From the IMG/VR virus record IMGVR_UViG_3300044724_003874, positions 1 to 24,647 of that record: a DNA stretch of 24,647 bases, one strand, 5' to 3'. Below are positions 1 through 8,108 of the stretch, in pieces. How positions within the stretch are numbered: position 1 is the first letter of the stretch; every line of letters starts with the position of its first letter. This stretch comes from a virus. Lineage: Duplodnaviria; Caudoviricetes. A model generated the notes under the pieces. The model was not told the DNA's origin. It did no database searches and saw only the letters and a list, made by a program, of their open reading frames with translations. A program made the position numbers and the translations under genes.

Positions 1-143
1 TCGCCCTTCAATTCGTAGTAAGCAGCAAAATGAACAAACTCCGCATCGGTTAATTCCGTACGAAGTCTGCTCACTGTCATTCCTAGCTCGCAGGCCAGAT
101 GAAACTCAAAAAAGAGCCAACTATCCTGCGCTAGTCGTTTTTT
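1..143 (-). CDS. -1 frameshift extension of the tail chaperone (gpT-like part of gpGT), runs off the window
   Basis: After A AAA AAC (143-137) the -1 frame reads KRLAQDSWLFFEFHLACELGMTVSRLRTELTDAEFVHFAAYYELKG with no stop. Confidence 0.8.
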
Positions 144-490
144 GCTTCTTTGAGATCCTCGTCGCCGCCAAGGCCAAACAAGAACAGCTCAACTTCATTC
201 AATACTGACTCAGGCAACTGACGTTGCAGCTTCGGAGCATCAGCAGAAGCAAACGCTTTGGTTCCGTCCTCAAGCTCTGCCTTTTGACAAAGCATGTAAG
301 TGCTGATGTCTAGAGCTTCATCGCTTTGCGCCATTGTCTGGGCAACCTTGCGATCTGCTCTTGTGATCGGGCTGAAATACAAGTCAACGACAGAATCACC
401 CGCCGCATTCTTCAAAACAAACTTACGGCGTTGGTTGAGGTCAAACGCCCCAACCAACAAATCAACCGTGCGAGTCTTTGACGCTGACAT
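131..490 (-). CDS. Tail assembly chaperone (lambda gpG-like)
   Basis: 119 aa acidic ORF directly after the tail tube gene; ends GCA AAA AAC GAC TAG with a slippery heptamer. Confidence 0.8.
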   Translation of the reverse strand: MSASKTRTVDLLVGAFDLNQRRKFVLKNAAGDSVVDLYFSPITRADRKVAQTMAQSDEALDISTYMLCQKAELEDGTKAFASADAPKLQRQLPESVLNEVELFLFGLGGDEDLKEAKND

Positions 491-538
491 TCAGCAAACA
501 AAACATGTATGCCCTAAAGCATAATGCAAACGGCTCAA

Positions 539-961
539 TTACTCCAGATTGCCAGTGATTGCACCGCTAGTCACAAAGCTGCAACTGACAACAACAAGGT
601 CACCAACATTAGAGCTGATTTCCATGTCAGTAATGATGCCCGCAAAACTTACGGAATCAGTGCCGCTAGTTGTGCCAGTAGTAAACAGCTCAAAGGTAGC
701 GTCAGCAGGATCCGCAGCGGTCAAAACGTCCTCTAAGAAACCAGCCTGGCCGGTTGCGTCAGGGTCATAGACCAGCTCAACGGTGCCAGAACCTGAAATC
801 ATGCTGCCAACAAAGCTGCGGAAAGTATCACCGTGCTTTGAAGTGTCCAGCGTTTCTTTGGTTGTGGTCAGGCTCCAGCTGCGAGTTCCAACAATGGTGG
901 CATTGCTAGAACCTGCTGCGTCAAACTGAACGGCTCCTTGTTCGCCTCGGATTGTAGCCAT
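539..961 (-). CDS. Major tail (tube) protein
   Basis: 140 aa G/T/S-rich, ETLDTS..GDTFRSFV..G motif typical of tail tube proteins; position between terminator and chaperone genes. Confidence 0.8.
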   Translation of the reverse strand: MATIRGEQGAVQFDAAGSSNATIVGTRSWSLTTTKETLDTSKHGDTFRSFVGSMISGSGTVELVYDPDATGQAGFLEDVLTAADPADATFELFTTGTTSGTDSVSFAGIITDMEISSNVGDLVVVSCSFVTSGAITGNLE

Positions 962-963
962 GG

Positions 964-1389
964 TCAGAGTTCCTCGATAAATTCAAAGGTCACACGGACC
1001 TGAGTTTGAAAGTAGCCCTCGGGAACTGGTGAAGCCAGAACCGCTGGGCCGTTGGCTGCGTCGAAGAAAACCCCCGACACTATGACCCTATTGTAAAGGT
1101 CACGGATGCGTTTTCCAATGACATAGTTGGCCCCAGGGCCAACACCTTTTGGGGTAAAGATGCTGACAAGCAACAAACCCACGACGCGGTTTTGAGAGTT
1201 AGTCGTAAGACCTTGGCTTAAATACTCGTTAGCGCCAAAGCTGACAAGGCATTGAACCCACGATGAGTTTGGACTTGGCTCATATGCCATGTTGTGAAAC
1301 ACGACAGGAAGGACTGGAGAGCTTGCCAGTTCTGTAGCCAACCGGCTTTCAATGGTTGATCTAATCGTGTTGCGGCTAATTACTGGCAT
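964..1389 (-). CDS. Tail terminator/completion-like protein, copy 1
   Basis: 141 aa, N-x-x-Y-x-P...IFTPKGxG motif; immediately upstream of the tail tube gene. Confidence 0.65.
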   Translation of the reverse strand: MPVISRNTIRSTIESRLATELASSPVLPVVFHNMAYEPSPNSSWVQCLVSFGANEYLSQGLTTNSQNRVVGLLLVSIFTPKGVGPGANYVIGKRIRDLYNRVIVSGVFFDAANGPAVLASPVPEGYFQTQVRVTFEFIEEL

Positions 1390-1391
1390 GG

Positions 1392-1889
1392 CTAAAGCTG
1401 CTCAAAAACGTTGAAAGGCACGCTTATAGCGGTTTGAAAAAACGCCGATGGCTGCGGGGCTGCTATTACGCTTGGTCCCGATAATGGACCCAACTGAATA
1501 CCTTCGAAGATTTCGCGAGTGCAAAGACTGCAAATTCGATCAGCCAACTCATAATTGGCGCCTGGTCCTGTCCCTTTTGGAGTGAAAACGTTCGCTTTGA
1601 CGGTGCCAAAAACTTGATTCAAAGCATTACTTGCTAACCCCATTGTCAAGTAAGAGGTTTGATCGAACGTCACTAAGCACTGAACAAACGAATCATTTGG
1701 CGTTGGCTTGTAGTCTTGATTGTAAAAAACAAGAGGAGTAAGCCCTGGCTCAACTGATTGAGTCACAATGGTTAGACCGTTTTGACTTATGAGGATGTCA
1801 CCGCTTTGAAGTGCAATTTTTGCGCCAAAGCCAACAATGAAATGCGTTTCAATAGCTGCCCGAACAGTGTTGAGATCTACAGCAGCCAT
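1392..1889 (-). CDS. Tail terminator/completion-like protein, copy 2 (paralog with insertion)
   Basis: Start reassigned to MAAVDL at 1889 (TAATG coupling); shares VQCLVxF, FTPKGxGPGANY and GPxVxAxPxP..FQT with 964-1389. Confidence 0.65.
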   Translation of the reverse strand: MAAVDLNTVRAAIETHFIVGFGAKIALQSGDILISQNGLTIVTQSVEPGLTPLVFYNQDYKPTPNDSFVQCLVTFDQTSYLTMGLASNALNQVFGTVKANVFTPKGTGPGANYELADRICSLCTREIFEGIQLGPLSGPSVIAAPQPSAFFQTAISVPFNVFEQL

Positions 1890-2239
1890 TAGCCCCTCCT
1901 GACGATTTTTTGATATTGCTGTTGCGCCCAAGCTTCAAGCTCTTTGCCAATCAGCTCTGGGAAGCCGGGTCTAGTCCCTTGGCGGGTTCTGAACTTGCCT
2001 CCCCATGATGCAGGCAAGTTGGTGCCATAGCAAACCGGCTCTGCATACTCCATGTTGTTGGTCACTTCGCCAACATAAGGCTCAATTTTGTTTTGCCATG
2101 CGCCTTGAAGGCGTCCAGTATCAACCGGGGTTTCTTGTATGACTCGTCCCTCCCATTCAAGCGTTGTAGCTTTTACGAGCTTACGAATCTGCCCGTCCAT
2201 GTGGTTGCCGATCTGGTTTAGCGGGATCTGACGCGCCAT
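1889..2239 (-). CDS. HK97 gp10-like neck/tail completion protein
   Basis: TPVDTGRLQ..W and N.EYA motifs; position. Confidence 0.75.
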   Translation of the reverse strand: MARQIPLNQIGNHMDGQIRKLVKATTLEWEGRVIQETPVDTGRLQGAWQNKIEPYVGEVTNNMEYAEPVCYGTNLPASWGGKFRTRQGTRPGFPELIGKELEAWAQQQYQKIVRRG

Positions 2240-2241
2240 GG

Positions 2242-2598
2242 CTATGCCCTCAAAATCAGTTCGTGGGTGATTGCCTCATTATCCTGCTCATTCGTTTCAA
2301 CGCGAATGATTTGATGGACAACTCCGCCGATCACAACGCGATCTTTTGTCTCAGGAGCAGTGGTTAAGTCTTTTGCCGCAACAGTTAGACGCTTGTCGCT
2401 AGCTTGAATAAGTTCATTCACCTCCCGCAGATTTACATCCTCAAGCACTCCCTTGATAACTGCGTCGCTGGTTGTTTCAGCAATCACGCCCGTGGTGGCG
2501 TTATAACTGCCAGCCGAAACGTAACGCATAGTCACATTGCCCCCGAAACGGGTAACCACCTTGGCCGCAACTTTTTTTAGTGAGCTAGCAAGTGCCAT
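2242..2598 (-). CDS. Head closure / head-tail joining protein
   Basis: Start reassigned to MALASS at 2598 (TAATG); Y-N-x-x-T-G and D-R-V-V-I-G motifs; position. Confidence 0.6.
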   Translation of the reverse strand: MALASSLKKVAAKVVTRFGGNVTMRYVSAGSYNATTGVIAETTSDAVIKGVLEDVNLREVNELIQASDKRLTVAAKDLTTAPETKDRVVIGGVVHQIIRVETNEQDNEAITHELILRA

Positions 2599-2855
2599 TA
2601 GATGCGATAAGCGATGCACGCTCCGTTTTGGAGCTGAATACTGGTAAACACTCCAACGATATGGAAACCCGCTGGCATGGTTTCACCGTCCAATGAATTG
2701 CCTGTGTAGTTCTCGCTAACTAGCGCCGTAATATGCGTGCTTTCGTAAAAATCAATATGCTTGAATCGACCAGTATGAGCTGCCGTGTCAGTAATGACCT
2801 CAGCTCCTAGCGTGTAATCGATTCCAATGTCGCCCTGTCCAAAACCTTTTGACAT
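2598..2855 (-). CDS. Small putative virion protein, paralog A
   Basis: 85 aa beta-rich; GAEVITDTAAHTGRF...IAYRI. Confidence 0.6.
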   Translation of the reverse strand: MSKGFGQGDIGIDYTLGAEVITDTAAHTGRFKHIDFYESTHITALVSENYTGNSLDGETMPAGFHIVGVFTSIQLQNGACIAYRI

Positions 2856-2857
2856 GA

Positions 2858-3085
2858 TCAGAGCCTGTAAGCGATAACAGTGCCGCTAGTAAGAGTAACG
2901 CTTGTGATTACTCCACAGATTTCAGCCGAAGCACTAACAGGAATTGAGGAAAGCGTGTTGCCTGTAATATCTTCAGCCACCAAGGTGGCAATCACGGAAT
3001 CTTCAAGAGCTACAACTTTTCCAAAGCGTCCAGTGTGTGCCGCAGTGTCGTCTATAAATTCAGCGCCTGGATAGGAATAGCCCAT
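2858..3085 (-). CDS. Small putative virion protein, paralog B
   Basis: 75 aa; GAEFIDDTAAHTGRF...IAYRL. Confidence 0.6.
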   Translation of the reverse strand: MGYSYPGAEFIDDTAAHTGRFGKVVALEDSVIATLVAEDITGNTLSSIPVSASAEICGVITSVTLTSGTVIAYRL

Positions 3086-3087
3086 GC

Positions 3088-3648
3088 TTAGCTCCGTTTA
3101 ATAGCGATGTTTCCTGGTCCGCTAATTCTAAGCCCTGTGAGATAGCGTTCAAACAATGGTGGCACGCGATCTGCGCCAACCGCTCCAGTTTTGTCAGGCG
3201 TCACGCTCAGGCTGCCAATACTGACGCTTTTGTAATCCTCAAGACCGCTCAGGCCAATGCCGTCTTTATTGCTGTTCAGATAAATTGCCAGCACTACCTG
3301 AGCCCGTTTGATCTGGTCAGGGATTTCTGTGTCGGTGAAATAATCGTCAGAAATGCGAAAGGGAAAGCCCGTCGCGTAAGTGTTGACATAAGTGTCAGGC
3401 TTACGAACGCCAGTACGCGGCCACTGCAATGCCTGCGTATCTGTTGCCCGTGCGCCTAGAAATCTTTCGCGATCAAGTCGCTGCGTTGCCGTATAAAGAG
3501 CCCGATTTTTTTGGTCATCAGACGCGCTTTCCCATGCAACGCTGTCGTCGTCCTCAACCATGCCGTCAACAATGTCCTGAGCGTCACTCAGCGTCAAGTA
3601 GCTGTTTGCGCTTGCGCTGCCTACTGTTGCGTCGATCGTTACTGCCAT
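3088..3648 (-). CDS. Head-tail adaptor/connector (DnaT-like family of phage neck proteins)
   Basis: ANSYLTL..A and Q.LQWPR motifs; position after capsid genes. Confidence 0.7.
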   Translation of the reverse strand: MAVTIDATVGSASANSYLTLSDAQDIVDGMVEDDDSVAWESASDDQKNRALYTATQRLDRERFLGARATDTQALQWPRTGVRKPDTYVNTYATGFPFRISDDYFTDTEIPDQIKRAQVVLAIYLNSNKDGIGLSGLEDYKSVSIGSLSVTPDKTGAVGADRVPPLFERYLTGLRISGPGNIAIKRS

Positions 3649-3760
3649 CAGCCTTCACTGTTGATTTCTTAGTTGCGGGCTCTTCAGAAGCGGAGGCCAC
3701 TGCTGTAGCGGCAGCAGCAGCCTCACGTTCTTTTGCTCGCCTAAAAGCGAACAAACCCAT
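3584..3760 (-). CDS. Small hypothetical protein (58 aa, MGLFAFRRAKERE...), missed by the ORF track
   Basis: ATG at 3760 coupled TGATG to the upstream stop; fills the gap; overlaps the next gene by 65 nt. Confidence 0.55.
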   Translation of the reverse strand: MGLFAFRRAKEREAAAAATAVASASEEPATKKSTVKADGSNDRRNSRQRKRKQLLDAE

Positions 3761-4125
3761 CAGGAGCTAGCGCCCTTTAGAGCTACGAAAGAAACAACGA
3801 TTGCTTCTCCCAATGAACCTCCGGACAGGTTTGCAACCGTGATCGCGAACGAGCCATCAGCAATTGTGTTGGCTTGAACGAGATAGGCTCCAGCAGTTCC
3901 GGCGGAGCTGTGGTTGACCACAACAACGTCAGTAGCTGCGACTTCGCTGTTTGTGACAGCAAAGGTCACCTCAGCAGCAGCCGCCAAAGCAGCGTCGTCC
4001 AAAGTGATTTGGCCTGAAGCGGCGTTCAGAGTCACGCCTGTTGCCTTACTGGTGGCCTGAGTAACAGTGCCGCCAGTTGTTGGGCCAATAAGTTTGCCCG
4101 CTGTTGCCTCGAAAATGGATGCCAT
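3760..4125 (-). CDS. Putative capsid decoration/structural protein
   Basis: 121 aa A/T/V/G-rich beta protein directly after the major capsid gene. Confidence 0.55.
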   Translation of the reverse strand: MASIFEATAGKLIGPTTGGTVTQATSKATGVTLNAASGQITLDDAALAAAAEVTFAVTNSEVAATDVVVVNHSSAGTAGAYLVQANTIADGSFAITVANLSGGSLGEAIVVSFVALKGASS

Positions 4126-4140
4126 GGTTAATTACCTCGA

Positions 4141-5169
4141 TCAATCCATATTAGAAACGTTGGTTGCCCGAACGATTCCGAGGTTTTTAGTCTCGTAAAC
4201 TTTCGACCAATTGCCAACAGTTTGGAGTTGAGCCCGTGTTGGGTTCGCGTCGGTCACTGCCCACTTTGCACCAATTGGGTGATAGCAATAGTGAAGGTCG
4301 ATTGACATGGCGTCAGACTTGGCCAGGATGTCCCGGTCAGTTTCAGTCTGAAGTCCAAGCTGTTCGCCTGAACCAATGGCCCCTTCAGTAAAAAAGTAGG
4401 TGGCGTATTCAGTAGAAGAGCCAGTGCCGTTGGTGTTTACGTCGTCGGAAACAATCACGCGCAGACCCATGAAGGTTGGCACGCTAGGGCTTCCAAAAGC
4501 TTGAGCAATCGAACCGCCGGAAGCAGTAGCACTGCCGCCGTTGGAGTCAGTTGCCAAGACGTAATCAACAGCACGACGCTCGACAAGATCGTAGTAAACC
4601 TTGCTGTGCATACAAATTGCTGTCAACTTTTCGCCTTGATCACCAAGCAGAGCCTTAGCTTCTGCAACGTGGCGAGGGCTCAAAGCTGTGGGCGTATCTC
4701 CTGATTCACCATCAATGGTGAGAGGGAAGAACGCAGCGGATGAGCTGGTTGTGTGAACAGTGCCGAAAACACCAGCCAAGCAGGAAAGGAGGTCTTTCTG
4801 GCGTTGGTTAGCAATGTAATCAGCAATTTTGGCACCGATAGCGGCCATTGGGTCAGAACCAGCAGCAAGAGCTGCAAGGTCACGAGATTCAAAAGCGCGA
4901 CCACGATGCAGAATCACGCCAACTTGCTTGTCAGCTGTGATCTTGCCTGGAGTCAGTGAAGAGCTATCAGTGAGAACTTCAAAGTCACCGCTCAGGTTTG
5001 CTTTGTAAAACGGAACGTTTACAAAATCACCACCACCTTCTGCTGCATTTAGCTCCGCCATTGGCTGCACCACACCGCTAGCCAAAAAGGCATCACGCTG
5101 AGTTGTTTGCTCAATGACGTAAGGCGTAAATACCTCAGGGATGATGATGTCACTCCTTAGAGTTGCCAT
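4141..5169 (-). CDS. Major capsid protein (HK97 fold, SPP1 gp13-like)
   Basis: 342 aa, T..SD.I.PEVF..Y start, ETDRDIL motif; follows the scaffold gene. Confidence 0.9.
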   Translation of the reverse strand: MATLRSDIIIPEVFTPYVIEQTTQRDAFLASGVVQPMAELNAAEGGGDFVNVPFYKANLSGDFEVLTDSSSLTPGKITADKQVGVILHRGRAFESRDLAALAAGSDPMAAIGAKIADYIANQRQKDLLSCLAGVFGTVHTTSSSAAFFPLTIDGESGDTPTALSPRHVAEAKALLGDQGEKLTAICMHSKVYYDLVERRAVDYVLATDSNGGSATASGGSIAQAFGSPSVPTFMGLRVIVSDDVNTNGTGSSTEYATYFFTEGAIGSGEQLGLQTETDRDILAKSDAMSIDLHYCYHPIGAKWAVTDANPTRAQLQTVGNWSKVYETKNLGIVRATNVSNMD

Positions 5170-5243
5170 CTGTCAAAAAAGAGAATGTTTACGGTGTGGG
5201 CACAGCCCAACGGCTCAGCACAGCCTTGCCATTAGCTCACATG

Positions 5244-5915
5244 TTAACGGTTAGCCGCTGTTTTCAACCTTTCATACAAATCACGGTCGGTTTTGAACAA
5301 ACGTGATTGCTCTGTGAGGTTGAAAGATTCGGGCACAAATGGATTCTTGATCCCAATAACTGATTCGCCAGAGGTGCGGCCAGCAGGTGCTCCGCTGCCT
5401 TGTGGCTTGGGTTGCTTTTGCATCCATGCAGGCAAGGTCTTGGCCCATTCACTGACAGGCGTGCGCTGGTAGCCGTCAACGACAACAACCGTCCCGTCTG
5501 ATTCGCGCTCAATCTGATCGCTGGTGAGCTTAGTTTTCAAGATCAAATCAGGATCATGAACAACGTCAGCAAGGGCGCTAATCGCAGGCGTGATCAGTTC
5601 AAGCTCTCTCACACGAGCTTCTAACTCTGAGATGCGCTTGTCTTTTTCCGCCGACGCCTCACGGAACTGCTGCTCCAAAGCTTGGCGAGCTTCCCCGTAT
5701 TTGCCTTGTTGCTCCAGATCTGCTTGAACCGCCTTTTGCTTGAAGTCCAATAACTCTTGAACATCAACGCCCTCGGGAATGGCTTTGGCTTGAGCTTTTG
5801 CTTTTTTGTACTCATCAATCAATTCAGCGTTTTTACGCCGCATCGCTTCGAGTTCTGCTTGCAGTTTGCTGGTGTCAACAGATTGCTCCACAGGAGCAGT
5901 TTGTTCTTCAGACAT
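5244..5915 (-). CDS. Capsid scaffolding protein
   Basis: 223 aa coiled-coil, acidic, C-terminal GSGA...NPF...NLTEQ. Confidence 0.8.
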   Translation of the reverse strand: MSEEQTAPVEQSVDTSKLQAELEAMRRKNAELIDEYKKAKAQAKAIPEGVDVQELLDFKQKAVQADLEQQGKYGEARQALEQQFREASAEKDKRISELEARVRELELITPAISALADVVHDPDLILKTKLTSDQIERESDGTVVVVDGYQRTPVSEWAKTLPAWMQKQPKPQGSGAPAGRTSGESVIGIKNPFVPESFNLTEQSRLFKTDRDLYERLKTAANR

Positions 5916-5939
5916 GAATTAGCCACAGGCTAAATTGCT

Positions 5940-6218
5940 TCACCATTTTACTTTGTTTGCCCAATATGCGGCAGATGTTTTCCCTTTCGCGATGTTCTTT
6001 GCGTGACGGGCCTTGAAGGATGCACGCTTTGCTTTATCGGCTGCTGATTCGTTTTTGCGTGGTGGCTTGGTTTTAGCGCCTTGCATCCCGAAACGTATAA
6101 GCTTCGGGCTGCCTTTAACGTTGACAACAACAGCGTGCGACTTGCCGCTTGAATGGCTTGGCGTGCGGATTGGCTTGTCATAGCCCTCGAACGTGTGGCC
6201 ACCTCGCTTGATTTTCAC
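5940..6218 (-). CDS. Basic hypothetical phage protein
   Basis: IRFG.QG...SFKARH...SAAYWA.KVKW motif recalled from many phage genomes; GTGA overlap with the upstream gene. Confidence 0.7.
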   Translation of the reverse strand: MKIKRGGHTFEGYDKPIRTPSHSSGKSHAVVVNVKGSPKLIRFGMQGAKTKPPRKNESAADKAKRASFKARHAKNIAKGKTSAAYWANKVKW

Positions 6219-6439
6219 TTTCCCTTAGGCGCTGCTTTCAATTGTGAGCGACGCTTGAGAACAGGGTTGCCGGTGCTTTCTGATTTGACCCGAACAATCG
6301 GATCTTTGTCAGTTCCAACCCTGGTGATGGTGCCGCCAGATGGTCCCTTGACTGAGGCACGCTTCCCGCCGCTGCCGGTAACGACGCCAAAGGTTCGCTT
6401 GCCTTGATAGACCCAGCTAACGCGAGAACCCTTCTTCAC
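6215..6439 (-). CDS. DUF2945/Hva1 Tudor-like protein
   Basis: KKGSRVSW...G.V...TR.G...DP...VKS..TG..V.K....L pattern. Confidence 0.65.
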   Translation of the reverse strand: MKKGSRVSWVYQGKRTFGVVTGSGGKRASVKGPSGGTITRVGTDKDPIVRVKSESTGNPVLKRRSQLKAAPKGK

Positions 6440-6516
6440 TTTTTCTTGCCTCCTTTTTTCTTCTTCTTAGGCGCGGCCATTTGTGGCTTTTTGGGTCCGT
6501 AGTTCTTGCCGGGCAT
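6436..6516 (-). CDS. 26 aa lysine-rich peptide MPGKNYGPKKPQMAAPKKKKKGGKKK
   Basis: TGATG coupling upstream and GTGA overlap downstream. Confidence 0.55.
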   Translation of the reverse strand: MPGKNYGPKKPQMAAPKKKKKGGKKK

Positions 6517-6638
6517 CAGCCTTCCTCTTTTGCTTGCTTTTTGTCAGCCTTGGCCTTTGTAGGCTTTTTAGGTGGGCAGGACGCTGCTGATGCTTCCTCT
6601 TGAACCGTCAGCTTAAATTTACTGTGCAGTTTTGACAT
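6516..6638 (-). CDS. 40 aa lysine-rich peptide MSKLHSKFKLTVQEE...
   Basis: Fills the gap after the minor head gene; stop coupled to the next ATG. Confidence 0.55.
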   Translation of the reverse strand: MSKLHSKFKLTVQEEASAASCPPKKPTKAKADKKQAKEEG

Positions 6639-7821
6639 CGGGATACCGTTCTCTTAGCTGCTTCAAGGTTAGCTCTGACCCGTCTTGAGAGACGAACTTT
6701 CTGATCGCCTTGGTTGGGCCAACCTTTTTGACAAGGCTTTCAAAGTAAGGAACCTTTGATGCACCCAATACGTCATCCTTTACGGCCTTGGATTGATTCT
6801 CAAGCCATTGGCCATAGGTTTGATCTGATGGCACCAATCCATTGCGGCTGCTCCGTTTGCTTGGCGGTGGCGGATCAAAACCCAAGCCCTTGTAATCAAC
6901 GATCGGGACTGTTGTCGATCTGCAATTGAAATGCTGCGGCGGTGTTGGCCCTTTGCCGTAGACAAATTCCTTGCCGTCTAGTGACCTGCAAATAGGCGAA
7001 GTCCTGCTGTCCAACGTGGCGACATATCGATATTTTTTAGTCACATCTTGATTGGCCTCATAAACCTGTTGGCTTGAAGCGTTAGCCACTTGATTGATAC
7101 TGGTCCGCATTAAAGCCATCACCTGATGATTTGCCACCGCTGTGACTTCGCCACCGGCTTGAGCCATCTGACGCAAACTCATCGCAGGCTGGCCAAACCG
7201 TAAACGACCCTTTAAGCGACGCGCCAACTTATCCGTTGATTCGCCCGTTAACAATCCATTTCTGACCGTCATGCTGAACAGATCAGCTTGAGATTCAGCC
7301 AACCCTCGGAATGACTTTTCAAGCACCTTGCCATTTGGCAACGTAATAACTGAGCCTTGAGCTGCGGTTAAACGAAAAGTCGCAGGAGCCCCCGTAACCG
7401 CAGCCTGAAGGTCGTCACTTAACGTAACAACATTTAAAGCGGTTGGGTCAATAGTTGCCACCGCTTGAGCAAACTGCGGGCTGATCTGCACGCTTCTAAT
7501 CTGATTCGCCAGCTCAACAGGCAATGCCTTAGCCAGCTCACTGGTCACAAACTCGCTTTGCAATACAGCCAACCCTTGCAGCTCTTCAACCGCAAGCAAC
7601 GTGCTGGCCTCTGCCCAGTTATCAAGTGACCCCTTCAGTTGCGCAAGGATCGCCCGAAGCCGTGCAGCTTTGACAGGCGCTGCAAGCTCATCAATCCCAC
7701 GGAGCTGATCAACAGCATCCAAAATAAGATCGTTATATGTAATGGCAATTCTTTTTGCCACGCTGTTGCTAAAGCGGTTGAGATCGATGGCATTCCGATA
7801 CAGCTCCGCAGGTGTTGTCAT
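6619..7821 (-). CDS. Minor head / head morphogenesis protein (SPP1 gp7, Mu F-like)
   Basis: YVATLDSRTSPICRSLDG and PPQHFNCRST motifs. Confidence 0.9.
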   Translation of the reverse strand: MTTPAELYRNAIDLNRFSNSVAKRIAITYNDLILDAVDQLRGIDELAAPVKAARLRAILAQLKGSLDNWAEASTLLAVEELQGLAVLQSEFVTSELAKALPVELANQIRSVQISPQFAQAVATIDPTALNVVTLSDDLQAAVTGAPATFRLTAAQGSVITLPNGKVLEKSFRGLAESQADLFSMTVRNGLLTGESTDKLARRLKGRLRFGQPAMSLRQMAQAGGEVTAVANHQVMALMRTSINQVANASSQQVYEANQDVTKKYRYVATLDSRTSPICRSLDGKEFVYGKGPTPPQHFNCRSTTVPIVDYKGLGFDPPPPSKRSSRNGLVPSDQTYGQWLENQSKAVKDDVLGASKVPYFESLVKKVGPTKAIRKFVSQDGSELTLKQLRERYPDVKTAQ

Positions 7822-8108
7822 GGCTCTTCAATTCCTACAGCTTCGGGAGGTTCGGCGCAAATGATTGAGACATCTGCGCCACCTCTTAAGGCTTCCCCTA
7901 CAAGCTGACCAACCTCAGGAATAACGTCTTCATCGTCTTCCCTTAACTGCGACTCAACAACACCAATCGGCATTCCCTTTTCATGCCAAGTCACGCGGAT
8001 GACAGCGAACAAGTCACCTTCTAATGGCGTTTGCGCGTAATAAAGAACCTGCTGCCTTGACTCAGGCTCAGGCTCTGGTTGCTTTCGTGCAGGCTTGTTC
8101 CAAAACAT
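7818..8108 (-). CDS. Hypothetical protein
   Basis: 96 aa, translationally coupled on both sides. Confidence 0.65.
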   Translation of the reverse strand: MFWNKPARKQPEPEPESRQQVLYYAQTPLEGDLFAVIRVTWHEKGMPIGVVESQLREDDEDVIPEVGQLVGEALRGGADVSIICAEPPEAVGIEEP

